From an uncultured Spirochaetota bacterium (GTDB lineage Bacteria > Spirochaetota > Spirochaetia > SZUA-6 > Fen-1364), in NCBI GenBank assembly GCA_963781885.1, contig CAWAHW010000007.1:128001-192000 (forward strand): 64,000 nucleotides of DNA. Direction: 5' to 3'. The position numbers and the translations under genes are program-made. The notes beneath the pieces are model-generated. The model did not search any database, was not told where the DNA came from, and saw only the letters and a program-made list of their open reading frames with translations. Below are positions 48,293 through 58,594 of this stretch, one piece after another. Every line of letters begins with the position of its first letter. Positions within the stretch are counted from its first letter, which is position 1.

Positions 48293-50366
48293 TTAGAACC
48301 ACACCACGCTGCCGCTGTCCACCTCGGCGGCCCTTGTTCCGGAAGTTCCCGCCTGGGCAAGCTCGGCATATTTATCCGCCGCCTGGGGGTCGATCTGGCG
48401 GACCTTGTTCAGGGCGGATGCAGCGTCATCTTTCTTCCCCAGAGCGGCAGCGGCTCTCGCGATATTGACATAAAGCCCCGCGTTGTCGGTCACCTGCTTC
48501 GCGGCTTCCTGGTAATATGCAAAGGCGCCCGCCGGATCGGACTTGACCATCGCGATGTTGCCGAGATTCACCAGCGCGGAGACCGATCCCGCCTTGGCTG
48601 CGCCCTGCAGATCTCGCAGTGCATCGTCGTAGCGGCCATATTTTGCATACAGCACGCCCCGCTTGTTCAGGGCATTGCCGACCGCGGGGCCGTTGACCGG
48701 CAAAGCGCCCATTTCCGCGATCCGCGCGCCAAGCTCGGCGTCCACTGCCTTTGAAAGCTCCGTTTCAAACGCTGCTCCGACCTTGTCGCTCGGCGGCAGC
48801 GCAACGCTCGTGCCGTCAGCGGGCAGGCCCATCGGCGCATAGGTCTTCCAGGAGTCATGCATGGGGTAGAAGGCGGCGGCCTGCCGGGACGAGGCGTCGC
48901 GCCACTCCTCGGCGCCTTTCTTCCAGATGTCGATGAAACCCGAATCGCGCATCGTCGTTTCGATGGGCACCCAGAACCTTGTCGCCCTGGAAGATGAGAT
49001 CATTCTGATCCATCGCCCGCGCCATCGCCTCGTCGCGCGAGATACCGAGGTCAATGGCGATAAGGATGTGACCAGGTATGGTGATGAAGGCCGTCTCGAC
49101 ACCGGCGGCCTCGAGGCAGGAGGCGTACAGCACCGACAGGTCGGCGCAGTCGCCTGCGCGGAAGGTAAGGGTCTGCCGGGGGAACTTGAGAGAGTCGACG
49201 GCGTCAGGATCGAGGACCGTCTGCTCGAAGGGGCGGGTGGTGCTCAGCATGTAGCCTATGCCGTAGGTCCCGAGGCCCTCATGAACCGCAATCGCGGTCT
49301 GGAGGTTTTTCGGAAGCTCGGGGTTGCGCTTGCTCTTCACCGTGGCCATGAAGTTCCCGGCCAGGTCGAGGACCCAGGGGTCCCTGCTCGAAACAAAGGC
49401 GGCCGCCTTGCGATCGTCGCTCCATGTGAGAGCGTTTCGGTCATAGACGACGACAGTCACGCTGCGGCTCTGGGAAATATCGACGTTATACTCCAACGAG
49501 ACTTCGCCGGTCACTTTGGTGGCTTCGGTGATGTCGAGGATGCGGTCATTAAAAAGGGCGTAGAGCGGCACTTCGATGGAGTTGCCCGGCTCCAGCCTGG
49601 CGATGGTTGCGCACTCCTTGGGAGCGTCCATGTACTGCTTGATGATGAAGCTGACCCGGACGTTACTGGCAGTCATCTTGCTCGTATTTGAGATCTTCGC
49701 CGTGCCGACGGGGTTCTGGTCGTAGAAGGAGCGCAGGACCGGGAAAACGCTCTTCATGCTGATGGAAAGCAGGTCGAGAAGTCGAGGCTTTTCCGCCTGG
49801 GCGGGTGCAGGGAACGAATAGTTGAGACCGACGACCCCGCCGACTCCGCCGTACATCCCCATTTTATAGAGAGCTGCAATGTCCAGCCGGGCGCCAAGGC
49901 TGGGGCTCAGTTTGTATCCCAGTCCCAGCCCGGCCTGGGCGACGGCGTATGCCGCGCTCTGGCCTGAAGAAAGGATGCCGAAAGCTCCACCGACATCCAG
50001 AAAGCCACGGAAAGAGAGGCCCCCTCCGATGTCGAGGCCGCTGCTTGCTCCCGCCAGGAGAAGAATCTCGTTTATGGAGCCCGCTACATCAAAGCCATTG
50101 TAGGGCAGGAATCCTGCGTAGTTATACCCGGCCCCCAGGCGGAGCGCGAGGGGAAAGGACAAAGGAAGGGCATATTCCGCGGTCAACTCCCCGCCCCATG
50201 CAGTGGAGAAGAGCTCAGAGTCCGTGCCATCGACTGCGATAAGTGGAAGGGCAACTGAGGGAGAGACGGTTATCGACCATGGTGATCTGGGTTGAGCGGG
50301 AGTCTGGGCCGATAGAGCGCCGACTGCCGCCAGTGCGATCGCAACTGTCCAAAATATTCGTTTCAC
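48293..50366 (-). CDS. Outer-membrane beta-barrel-like + transglutaminase-like + TPR protein, frameshifted at ~48975
   Basis: Signal peptide, amphipathic strands, GDCADLS..GHI; removing one base restores KVWVPIETT and the TPR C-terminus (ORF 48293-49102). Confidence 0.75.
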
Positions 50367-50700
50367 ATAAACCTCCGCCAACGACAACATGGAAGGCGCG
50401 CGGGCGATAGTGCCGGAATGACCGCGCCGGAACCGACTTGTACGATAAATGTGCCCCCCGTTGCCGTCCCCATCCACGCCACGACACATTCTCCTTATCA
50501 CGCAATTGGTCATGAGGCCCGAGCGCGCAGCACTTAAGTCGGGAGGTAAATGCGTTTGGAAGGCTGTAGCGGTCTCAGCCCTTTTGGATTATATCATATT
50601 CGGCCCGTTGTAAAAAGTACTCAGTCCTTCAATACGTACCCATCGGGTGGCGGTCTACGACGAGCGGGACCACCTGTCTCACGCCGAATTGGAGTCTCTT

Positions 50701-53700
50701 CTACGGTTCTTCGTTCTCCGTCGACAGTTCCGCCTGCTTCAAGACAAGTTGCGTCGCATCTTCGGAAAGGTCAGGCGGGTAACCATACCGCGCCAGGAGT
50801 CGCCGCACCTGCCGACGCAGGTCTGCGCGAACCGATTCGCGCTGCGACCAATCCAGCTTGGGCAGTTTCTTCACCATCTCTGCCAGTTCGCGCGCCATCA
50901 GGCGCAACGTGTCATTCTCCATGACTTTGCGGGCCGACTCGTTGTCCGCAATAGCATCGTAGAACGCCGTCTCCTCGGTGCTGAGGCCAAGCTCCTGACC
51001 GCGGCTTTGCACCTCACGCACCCATTTTGCGAGATCCAGCAACCGCGTGATCATTTCCGCGGTAGTGATGGCCTTGTTCGTATAGCGCATCATTGCATCT
51101 TCAAGGGCCTCGCGGAACTTTCGGCTTTGGACCAGGTTGGTTCGCTCCGCGCTGCGAATCTGGTCCGTCAGCAATTTTCGTAATGTCTCCAGTGCCAGGT
51201 TCTTTTGTTCCAGCGCTGCCACGCGCGAAAGGAAGTCCTCTGAAAAAATGTCGAGCCGGGCGTCTTCAATACCCGCCGCCGCAAAGAGGTCGATTACCTC
51301 CCCCGCCTTCACGGCTCCGCCGACAATTTGCCGGACCGCGGCGTCGATGTCTGCGTTCGCCCTCACAGGGGCGCCCGATTCGCGGTTGTCCGCAAGCCGC
51401 TTGCGAATCATTGCCTGGACGCGCTGAAAGAATGCCAGGTGCGGCGTGATGATTTCCGCTTCAGGGTGCGGCACGACGAGGGCAAAGGCAATCGATAGTT
51501 CCTTGACCATCGATTGGAAGCGCGCCCATCCATCACTCTGCTTGAAAACGTGATCCGCGGCGTCCGCGTAGACTCCCAATACCTTGGCAGGCGCTGCATT
51601 GAGGGCCTGGCTGTAGTGGAATTCGTGGAAGAACGAGCGCAACTTCTCGAATGCGGCGTTCATCACCGGCACCGCGTGGTCCTGGACGCTTTGCACAGCG
51701 TCGCCTCGTCCGCCTGCCTGTGTATACGTTGCGAGGGCGTCGGCTAGTTGGTCCGCCAGGCCGAGCATATCCACAATAAGCCCGCCCGGCTTTTCGCCAT
51801 ACACCCGGTTCACGCGGGCGATGGCTTGCATCAGGCTGTGTCCGGCCAGCGCCTTGTCCAAATACATCGTATGCATCGGGGGGCAATCGAAACCAGTGAG
51901 CCACATGTCGCAGACGATCACGAGCCGAAATTCGCTTTCCGGGTCCTTGTACCGAAGAGCCAGCGCCTTGCGCGCAGCCTTGCTACGAACGTGTTGGAGA
52001 ATCGGCTCCTCGTCGTTTGGGCCGCCGGTGATCACCACCTTCATCACTCCTTTGTCGTCGTCCGAGTGGTGCCACTCTGGTCTTATCCTGCGGATCTCCT
52101 CGTAAAGTCGCGCGGCGATGTCGCGGCTCATCGTCACGACCATCGCCTTGCCTTCCATTGCGGTACGCCGTTTCTCCCAATGCTCCACGACAAAGGCAGC
52201 GGCGCGTTCTATCCTCTCGGGGGCACCAACCAACGCTTCAAGCGGGATGCGCACCGCGTCATCCAGGTCCTCGCCCGAGCTTGACGCCTTGGCCGCCGCG
52301 TGAAGCTCGGCCTCCGCGGCGACAGCCCCCGCTTCGTTCACCGTCAGCTTGATGATCCGAGATTCATAATAGATCGGAACGGTCGCGCCATCGTCCACCG
52401 ATTGTCGGATGTCGTAGATGTCGGCGTATTGCCCGAATACCCGGGGTGTGCTTTTGTCATCGCGATCGAGCGGCGTTCCGGTGAAACCTACGAAGGTGGC
52501 GTTTGGCAGCGCCTCGCGCATCCAGCGGGCACCGCCTTCTCTGAAACCGTACTGGCTGCGGTGCGCTTCATCGGCCATCACTACGATGTTTGCCCGTTCA
52601 CTGATTGTCCCTTGCTCTTCCGCGAATTTGTAGATAGTCGTGAAGATTACTCCGCCTGAAGCGCGGTCCAGCAAGGCCTGGAGATCCTCTCTGCTTTCCG
52701 CCTGCACAGGGTCTTGCCCTAGGAGTGCCCGTCCTCCCGCGAAAGTGCCGAAGAGTTGGTCGTCCAGGTCGTTGCGGTCCGTCACCATAACGATAGTCGG
52801 ATTGGCCAGCGACGGTTCGCGTATCAGTGCCCCCGCGAGCATCAACATCGTGAGAGACTTGCCGGATCCCTGCGTATGCCACACCACCCCGCCTTTCCCG
52901 GCCTGTGTTGTGATGTTCGCACCGGCAGGGGGCTTCAGGGCCGCCAAAACTTTCGACCGGGTCTGACGCACAGCGCGGAACTGGTGATAGCCTGCCACCT
53001 TTTTCACGATGTTCCCGCGCTCATCTTCGTCGAATACGACGCATGACCGCAGGTAGTCGAGCAGCGCGACCGGTTCAAACAGGCCATGCACGAGAGCCTC
53101 CAGCGTCGGCTCACCTCCTGTCGCCGGACGCCAGGGCATGAAGCGTTGCCTCCCACTCGTGATCGAGCCAACCCGCGTCAAGAAGCCATCACTTGCAACG
53201 AGGATCATGTTCGCGACGAACAAGTCCGGCGCATTTCGCGTGTACCGTCCCAATTGATCGATTGCCCTCGCCAAGTCGGCCGCCTGGTCTGTCGGGTCCT
53301 TCAGCTCGATCACAGCCAGCGGCAGGCCGTTCAGGTACACGATCAGATCCGGCCGAATAACCTTGCCATCTGCGGCAGGCACCGTCAGTTGACGAACTAC
53401 GAGGAAATCGTTATTGGCCGGGTTGTCAAAATCCACCAAGCGCGCCTTTCCGCCACGGTTCTCGCCCGTCGCGGCATTGCGGTATTCGACATCAACGCCA
53501 TTTGTCATCAAGCCGTGCATCCAGCGGTTGTTCTCAATCAGCGTTGGATGCGGCGGACGCTGAACTAAACGCACCACTTGTTCAATGGTGTCAGGTGACA
53601 AGTATGGGCTAATACGGCGCATAGACTCCGCCAATCGGTGATGTATGAGAAGGTTCATGTGCGGTTCATTACCGTGGGTTGCTTGCCGGATTTCCACGCC

Positions 53701-53781
53701 ATACTCGACGGCGTAGCCGACCGCCTCAAACCAAGCTGCTCCGGATTCCTCTATCAAATACTCTGTTGGAGCAGTATTCAT
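50701..53781 (-). CDS. hsdR: Type I restriction enzyme R subunit
   Basis: RPD..NGLPL..IELK, HTQGSGKS, DEAHRSQ, FTGTP, LTGFD, QAIARVNR. Confidence 0.96.
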   Translation of the reverse strand: MNTAPTEYLIEESGAAWFEAVGYAVEYGVEIRQATHGNEPHMNLLIHHRLAESMRRISPYLSPDTIEQVVRLVQRPPHPTLIENNRWMHGLMTNGVDVEYRNAATGENRGGKARLVDFDNPANNDFLVVRQLTVPAADGKVIRPDLIVYLNGLPLAVIELKDPTDQAADLARAIDQLGRYTRNAPDLFVANMILVASDGFLTRVGSITSGRQRFMPWRPATGGEPTLEALVHGLFEPVALLDYLRSCVVFDEDERGNIVKKVAGYHQFRAVRQTRSKVLAALKPPAGANITTQAGKGGVVWHTQGSGKSLTMLMLAGALIREPSLANPTIVMVTDRNDLDDQLFGTFAGGRALLGQDPVQAESREDLQALLDRASGGVIFTTIYKFAEEQGTISERANIVVMADEAHRSQYGFREGGARWMREALPNATFVGFTGTPLDRDDKSTPRVFGQYADIYDIRQSVDDGATVPIYYESRIIKLTVNEAGAVAAEAELHAAAKASSSGEDLDDAVRIPLEALVGAPERIERAAAFVVEHWEKRRTAMEGKAMVVTMSRDIAARLYEEIRRIRPEWHHSDDDKGVMKVVITGGPNDEEPILQHVRSKAARKALALRYKDPESEFRLVIVCDMWLTGFDCPPMHTMYLDKALAGHSLMQAIARVNRVYGEKPGGLIVDMLGLADQLADALATYTQAGGRGDAVQSVQDHAVPVMNAAFEKLRSFFHEFHYSQALNAAPAKVLGVYADAADHVFKQSDGWARFQSMVKELSIAFALVVPHPEAEIITPHLAFFQRVQAMIRKRLADNRESGAPVRANADIDAAVRQIVGGAVKAGEVIDLFAAAGIEDARLDIFSEDFLSRVAALEQKNLALETLRKLLTDQIRSAERTNLVQSRKFREALEDAMMRYTNKAITTAEMITRLLDLAKWVREVQSRGQELGLSTEETAFYDAIADNESARKVMENDTLRLMARELAEMVKKLPKLDWSQRESVRADLRRQVRRLLARYGYPPDLSEDATQLVLKQAELSTENEEP

Positions 53782-53990
53782 GGCGTGGCTCCTGCTTGAT
53801 TTGCCTTCTCAATTGTTGCCAACTCGATAGCAGTCTCCCGATAGAGTTCAGGGTCAATAGCATGCAAAACTTCGCTGCTGTGCCGCGCTTTTCCACATAC
53901 CTCGACCATTCCGAATTGGGTGTCTATCAAGCGGTCTTCTTCAATACTTCGAACTGGTCGCGGAGAGGGAGTTCGCTCCGCAAGATTCAT
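53778..53990 (-). CDS. Small hypothetical protein coupled to hsdR
   Basis: RBS AAAGGA; ATGA overlap with the hsdR start. Confidence 0.5.
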   Translation of the reverse strand: MNLAERTPSPRPVRSIEEDRLIDTQFGMVEVCGKARHSSEVLHAIDPELYRETAIELATIEKANQAGATP

Positions 53991-54002
53991 GCGCGGATCC
54001 TT

Positions 54003-54200
54003 TCAGCGCATCGACTCGACGCAAAGCGCTTCCTGGCGGGACTCAAAGGCATCCGAAATATACTTGAGGAAGAGCAGACCAAGGACAACGTGCTTGTATT
54101 CGGCGGCATCCACCGTGCCGCGCAACGTGTCCGCGGCAGCCCAAAGCTTGTCTTCGAATCCTATGCCTGTCTCATCCGTTTCCGGTTTGGCCACGATCAC
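54003..54200 (-). pseudogene. hsdM: Truncated type I methyltransferase (N-terminal ~60 aa only)
   Basis: [33 protein letters not shown], then stop; no hsdS follows. Confidence 0.9.
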
Positions 54201-54304
54201 TCCTCCGAGCTGTTGACAGAGAAATCTCTTTTTCAGTGAAGGTCAAGGAATTTGATGTGCATAGTATAGCAGAGTCGGCTAACAATCGAGCGGCTGGTGT
54301 CCTA

Positions 54305-54667
54305 TTATGCCCGTTCTTTGATGCGCTCATGCGGGATCAGAATCATGCTGCGCGCGAGAAGCAGCTCGCCATGCAGATTTACTGGAACCTGTCGTCGGTC
54401 GGCCATGACCTGCAATTCTTCCCGGGAGAGAAAGAAAAGGCGTTTCGGTGGATCAAGCTCACGCCCAACTGGGAGCGGGATGCAGCCGCGGGCTTCGAGC
54501 CCATCCGCGTCGGCTTCACTTACGATCCACACCTCCGCCGCATCCACAAGGACCCGGCGGAAGCGATGCCAGACTCCATTGCTGAAAGCTCGCTGCCGAT
54601 ACTCCCAGGCCCGAATCAGCGATCGTTCACGCACACGGCGCGCGCGCGCATGCAGCTTCTCATTCAT
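54305..54667 (-). CDS. Hypothetical protein coupled to the upstream nucleotidyltransferase
   Basis: 120 aa from MNEKLH; start overlaps the upstream gene end. Confidence 0.7.
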   Translation of the reverse strand: MNEKLHARARRVRERSLIRAWEYRQRAFSNGVWHRFRRVLVDAAEVWIVSEADADGLEARGCIPLPVGRELDPPKRLFFLSREELQVMADRRQVPVNLHGELLLARSMILIPHERIKERA

Positions 54668-55373
54668 GGATCGGTCCCGCCTTTTCAAGCCGCGCGAGCA
54701 GCTCGGCGACCAGGAGCCGATGAAGGGTCGGATCTGGCATGTTTTGCCGGGGCTCCAGGAGCGAAAGTGTGCTGAGGGCCGAGCGCGCAGAATAGCGGAG
54801 CTCGGGCGAGAGTCCGTGGTAAAGTTTTTCAACCTCGTCGAGATCGCCTGCCCCGGAGACAAGCAGGAGAGCGAGCGCGACCAGCAGGTCGCGGTCGCCT
54901 TTCTCGCCACTCCTGTCGGTGAGAAGCTTTTCCAGCAGCAGGCCAGCCGGGCGTGGCAAAGGAACGGGAATATCGTCAATTGTAAGCGTTTTTCCTGGCT
55001 GAAGCATGGAGAGATGACCGAACACCAGGAGAGGCAGCTCATCATCCTCGAACACGTACGTCTCACCCGCGCGCGTCCTGTCCGCATCCAATCCAATAAA
55101 GTTCACCTCGATAAGATCCGTTCTTTCGGGCAGCCAGACCGAGGGCTCTTCTTTGGAACGTGCAAGTCCTCGAATCTCATGGAGCCGCGCCTTGACGGCA
55201 GCGTGACGATTGACGGGAATCGCGATATCAACGTCCTGGGAGACAACGAGAGAGGATCGCGCGTCAGGCTCCAGCAGATTCGGCACTTCAGAACCCGCGA
55301 TCAAAACTCCCGATTCTCGTAGGATGGGTGCGACTGCACGAAGCGTTCGCAGAAGACGTGTTCTGAAATCCAT
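54660..55373 (-). CDS. Pol-beta-superfamily nucleotidyltransferase (GSU2403/AbiEii-like)
   Basis: LIAGS, SQDVDIAI, LLLEK, K..RD; RBS AAGGA. Confidence 0.7.
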   Translation of the reverse strand: MDFRTRLLRTLRAVAPILRESGVLIAGSEVPNLLEPDARSSLVVSQDVDIAIPVNRHAAVKARLHEIRGLARSKEEPSVWLPERTDLIEVNFIGLDADRTRAGETYVFEDDELPLLVFGHLSMLQPGKTLTIDDIPVPLPRPAGLLLEKLLTDRSGEKGDRDLLVALALLLVSGAGDLDEVEKLYHGLSPELRYSARSALSTLSLLEPRQNMPDPTLHRLLVAELLARLEKAGPIHE

Positions 55374-55422
55374 TCTTTCCTTGGAGTATACGCTCCGTGG
55401 GTGCGCGGCGCAACGGCCTCCC

Positions 55423-56628
55423 TCACTCCCGCGCGCCAGCATCCGCCACTGCGTCTGTGCGCAGCATGTGGGCCGGCACGAGCGCGCGGCCGAAAATCGC
55501 CAGCACGATGATGCCCAAGAGCGGGATGACCGCGTAGCTTGCGAAAAGCGTCGTGAACCCGCGCGCCTCCACGATGAATCCACCCGCCACGCTTGCGAGG
55601 AAGGTTGCCAGACCCACCCCCACGGCGTTGTAGATTGCCATGCCCATGCCCCGGTTTTCTTTTCCCACCTTTGCGTTTATATAGGCCACGGCGGTCGTAT
55701 GGAATGTCCCGAATGTGAAGGCATGCAGGAGCTGCGCCAGCGCCACCACCACGATGGACGGGGCGATGACGAACACGCCGAGGCGCAGCGTAATGGCGGC
55801 CAGGGAAACGATGAGCAGCGTCCGAATCCCAAAGCGCCGCAGGAGCGGACCCGAAAACCAAATCGTCGTGATCTCCGCAAGCGGTCCGATCGCCCAGAGG
55901 AGGCTTACGCCCGACGTCGGGAACGCCGCCTTCAGGTAGAGCGAGAAAAAGGAATAATAGGCACCGAGCGCGAAACGCCCGATGAAGATGACGCCGATCA
56001 CGGCCCAGAACGCGAGGTCGAATCCGGTCCGCCGCGCGCGGGGCGTCGGTTTTGTCGTCATCTGCGCGCCCGTGTCGGCGCGGGACGCGGCGGGCAGCGT
56101 CGCGGATGCGAGGCCGGCGCAGAGACACGAGGCGCCGAAGGCCGCGAGGATGGAAAGTGATGAGTCCCCCGTCACGAGGCCGCCCAGCTGGAGGACGAGG
56201 GAGATGATGATGAAACCGAGGCTCCCGGCCACGCGCAGCCTGCCGTATTGCCGCGCCGGATCGGTGAGCACGCGGCTTACGATGGAATCCAGGAGCGGTA
56301 TCGTCGCGCGATAGGTGAAGCCCATGACGATCACGCACGCGACGTAGAGGGGAAAGAAAGAGGAGAGCTGGAGGGGGATCATCACCGCGGCGGGAACGAG
56401 AAAGCTCGCCGCGAGGATGGCGCGGGAGATGCCGCGCCGATCCGCCCATGCGCCCAGGAGCAGGGGGCCTGCCACGCCGGCGAGCTCGAATATCCCCAGG
56501 AGCAGGCCGATGCGGGACGGGGACAGGCCCCGCGCGCTCAGGTAGAGCTGGAAAAAGGGCGACAGAATGGCATAGGTGATGAAGAGGAAGAAATAGTTCG
56601 CGAACGCCGAGGCGGTGACGCGCCGCAG
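55423..56628 (-). CDS. MFS transporter (PPP/nucleoside:H+ symporter-like); start uncertain
   Basis: WADRRG, YGRLRVAGSLGF, QLLHAFTFG; about 12 TM. Confidence 0.85.
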   Translation of the reverse strand: MRRVTASAFANYFFLFITYAILSPFFQLYLSARGLSPSRIGLLLGIFELAGVAGPLLLGAWADRRGISRAILAASFLVPAAVMIPLQLSSFFPLYVACVIVMGFTYRATIPLLDSIVSRVLTDPARQYGRLRVAGSLGFIIISLVLQLGGLVTGDSSLSILAAFGASCLCAGLASATLPAASRADTGAQMTTKPTPRARRTGFDLAFWAVIGVIFIGRFALGAYYSFFSLYLKAAFPTSGVSLLWAIGPLAEITTIWFSGPLLRRFGIRTLLIVSLAAITLRLGVFVIAPSIVVVALAQLLHAFTFGTFHTTAVAYINAKVGKENRGMGMAIYNAVGVGLATFLASVAGGFIVEARGFTTLFASYAVIPLLGIIVLAIFGRALVPAHMLRTDAVADAGARE

Positions 56629-56638
56629 AAGAGCTTCC

Positions 56639-57607
56639 CTACCGCGCGGCTTTCGAAAGCTCGTCGATGCGGGAAAGCTCCTTGTCGGTGAGCGCGAACG
56701 CCATCGCACCGGCGCTCTGCTCCGCCTGCGCCTTTTTCGTCGCGCCGGGGATGGCGACGATGGTCTCCCCATGGAAGCTCGTCTCCCAGCAGAGGGCGAC
56801 CTGCGCGACGCTCGCGCCATGCGCGCGCCCTATTGCGCGCATCTCGTCGATGAGGGGTGCGCTTTTCGCCCGGCGCGCCGCGGAAAAACCGTTCATCATG
56901 CGCCGCATGGTGGATACCTTTGCCGCCGATGCGGGGTCCTCGTGGAAGCGGCCCGTGAGCACCCCCTGCGCGAGCGGCGACCACGCGATGATCGTCACGC
57001 CCAGCTTCTTGGCGCTCTGTAGTACTCCGTTGCGCTCGATGCTCCTGTCCAGGAGATTGAAACGCATCTGGTTGGAGGCAAGGACGATGCCTTCCGCAGC
57101 AAGGGCGGCATGCGCGAGTGACATACGGCGCGCGGAGAAATTGCTCACCCCCACGGCGCGTATCTTTCCTGCCTTGAGGATCCGCGCCATCGCCTTCATC
57201 TGCGCGGCGGTGGTGGAGACGCTGAAAGGCTGGTGCACCTGGTAGAGGTCGATGGGGAAGGGGCTCAGGCAGGAGAGGCGCGTGTCGATGGTCGTCTCGA
57301 TGGACCGGGCGCTCCGGGGGAAGGGCCACCACTTTGTGGCGACAACCACCTGGCCGGGCCGCATCCCCGCGGCCGTGAGGGCCTTTGCGAGCGTCTGCTC
57401 CGAGGTGCCGCGGCCGTAGAGCTCCGCCGTATCGAACCAGGAGATGCCCCCCTTGAGCGCCGTGTCCACGATGCCGTTGATTGTCTCCTGGTCCACAGCA
57501 TCCCAGACTGCCGACATCCCTTTCGAGCCCTGGGAGAACTGCCAGCACCCCAGTCCGATCGGGGTGATCTCGATATCCGTTTTTCCAAGCCTGCGCTTTT
57601 TCGTCAT
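56639..57607 (-). CDS. Aldo/keto reductase
   Basis: GLGCWQ, FDTAELYG, IDLYQVH, GVSNF, WSPLAQG, AIPG. Confidence 0.94.
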   Translation of the reverse strand: MTKKRRLGKTDIEITPIGLGCWQFSQGSKGMSAVWDAVDQETINGIVDTALKGGISWFDTAELYGRGTSEQTLAKALTAAGMRPGQVVVATKWWPFPRSARSIETTIDTRLSCLSPFPIDLYQVHQPFSVSTTAAQMKAMARILKAGKIRAVGVSNFSARRMSLAHAALAAEGIVLASNQMRFNLLDRSIERNGVLQSAKKLGVTIIAWSPLAQGVLTGRFHEDPASAAKVSTMRRMMNGFSAARRAKSAPLIDEMRAIGRAHGASVAQVALCWETSFHGETIVAIPGATKKAQAEQSAGAMAFALTDKELSRIDELSKAAR

Positions 57608-57616
57608 ATGCCCTCC

Positions 57617-58594
57617 TTAGTCAAGGATACAGGCAGAAAAGTGTCCCGGCGACACCTCGCGCAAAGGAGGCCGCGCCTCCTTGCAGCGTGCAATGGCGAA
57701 GGGGCAGCGGGGATGGAAGTGGCAGCCGGCGGGGGGGTCGATGGCGCTGGGGATCTCACCCTTGGGCAGGTTCTTTTCCCGCCGCGCGCGCGGGTCCGGT
57801 ACCGGTACCGCGGCCAGCAGCGCTTTCGTGTAGGGATGGTGTGCCCGGGAAAAAAGCTCGTCGCGCGTCGCAAGCTCCACGATGCGCCCCAGGTACATCA
57901 CCGCCACCCGGTCGCAGAGGTACTTCGCCGTGGCAAGATCGTGCGTGATGAAAAGGTACGTGAGCCCCATGTCGTCTTTCAGCTGGCGCATGAGCTGGAG
58001 GATGAGGGCCCGCACGGACACGTCCGCCATGGCGATGGGCTCGTCGGCCACGAGGAAATCGGGCCGCGTCACCAGCGCCCGCGCGATCACGACGCGTTGG
58101 CTCTGGCCGCCGGAGAGCTGGTGCGGGTACTTGCGGTAGAGGAAGGCGGCGGGGGTGAGCCCGACCTTCTCCATCAGATCCAGGACCTTGTCGCGCCGGT
58201 CGCGTCCCGCGCCGATGTGGTGGATGGAAAGCGGATGCTCGATGGCCTGACCGACGCTCATGCGCGGGCTCAGGGAGGAGTTGGGGTCCTGGAAGACGAT
58301 CTGCGCGCGCGCCCGGTGATCGGAAAGCTCCCGGGGGGAGAACGTGATGATGTCGCGGCCGCGGTATTCCACGCGCCCCGTTGTCGGCTCGATGAGACGC
58401 AGGAGGAGCCGCCCCGTCGTGGACTTACCCGAGCCGCTTTCGCCGGCGAGTCCCAGGACCTCCCCCTCCTCGATGGAGAAGCTCACGTCGTCCACCGCGT
58501 GCACGCTCTTGCGCCGCCGGGAAAAGGCGTCGAAGATCGTCCCGCGCAGCGGAAAGTTTTTCACCAGGTTGCGCGCAGAGACCAGCGTTGCCAT
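57617..58594 (-). CDS. Peptide ABC transporter ATPase (OppF/DppF-like)
   Basis: GESGSGKS, LSGGQ, ADEP, HPYT, GCHFHPRC. Confidence 0.93.
   Translation of the reverse strand: MATLVSARNLVKNFPLRGTIFDAFSRRRKSVHAVDDVSFSIEEGEVLGLAGESGSGKSTTGRLLLRLIEPTTGRVEYRGRDIITFSPRELSDHRARAQIVFQDPNSSLSPRMSVGQAIEHPLSIHHIGAGRDRRDKVLDLMEKVGLTPAAFLYRKYPHQLSGGQSQRVVIARALVTRPDFLVADEPIAMADVSVRALILQLMRQLKDDMGLTYLFITHDLATAKYLCDRVAVMYLGRIVELATRDELFSRAHHPYTKALLAAVPVPDPRARREKNLPKGEIPSAIDPPAGCHFHPRCPFAIARCKEARPPLREVSPGHFSACILD

Noticed and set aside
50550-50600. TPP-riboswitch-like GGGCTGAGA on the minus strand
   Set aside because: The downstream conserved TGAT/GCG-AGGGA elements are absent, and the adjacent gene is unrelated to thiamine
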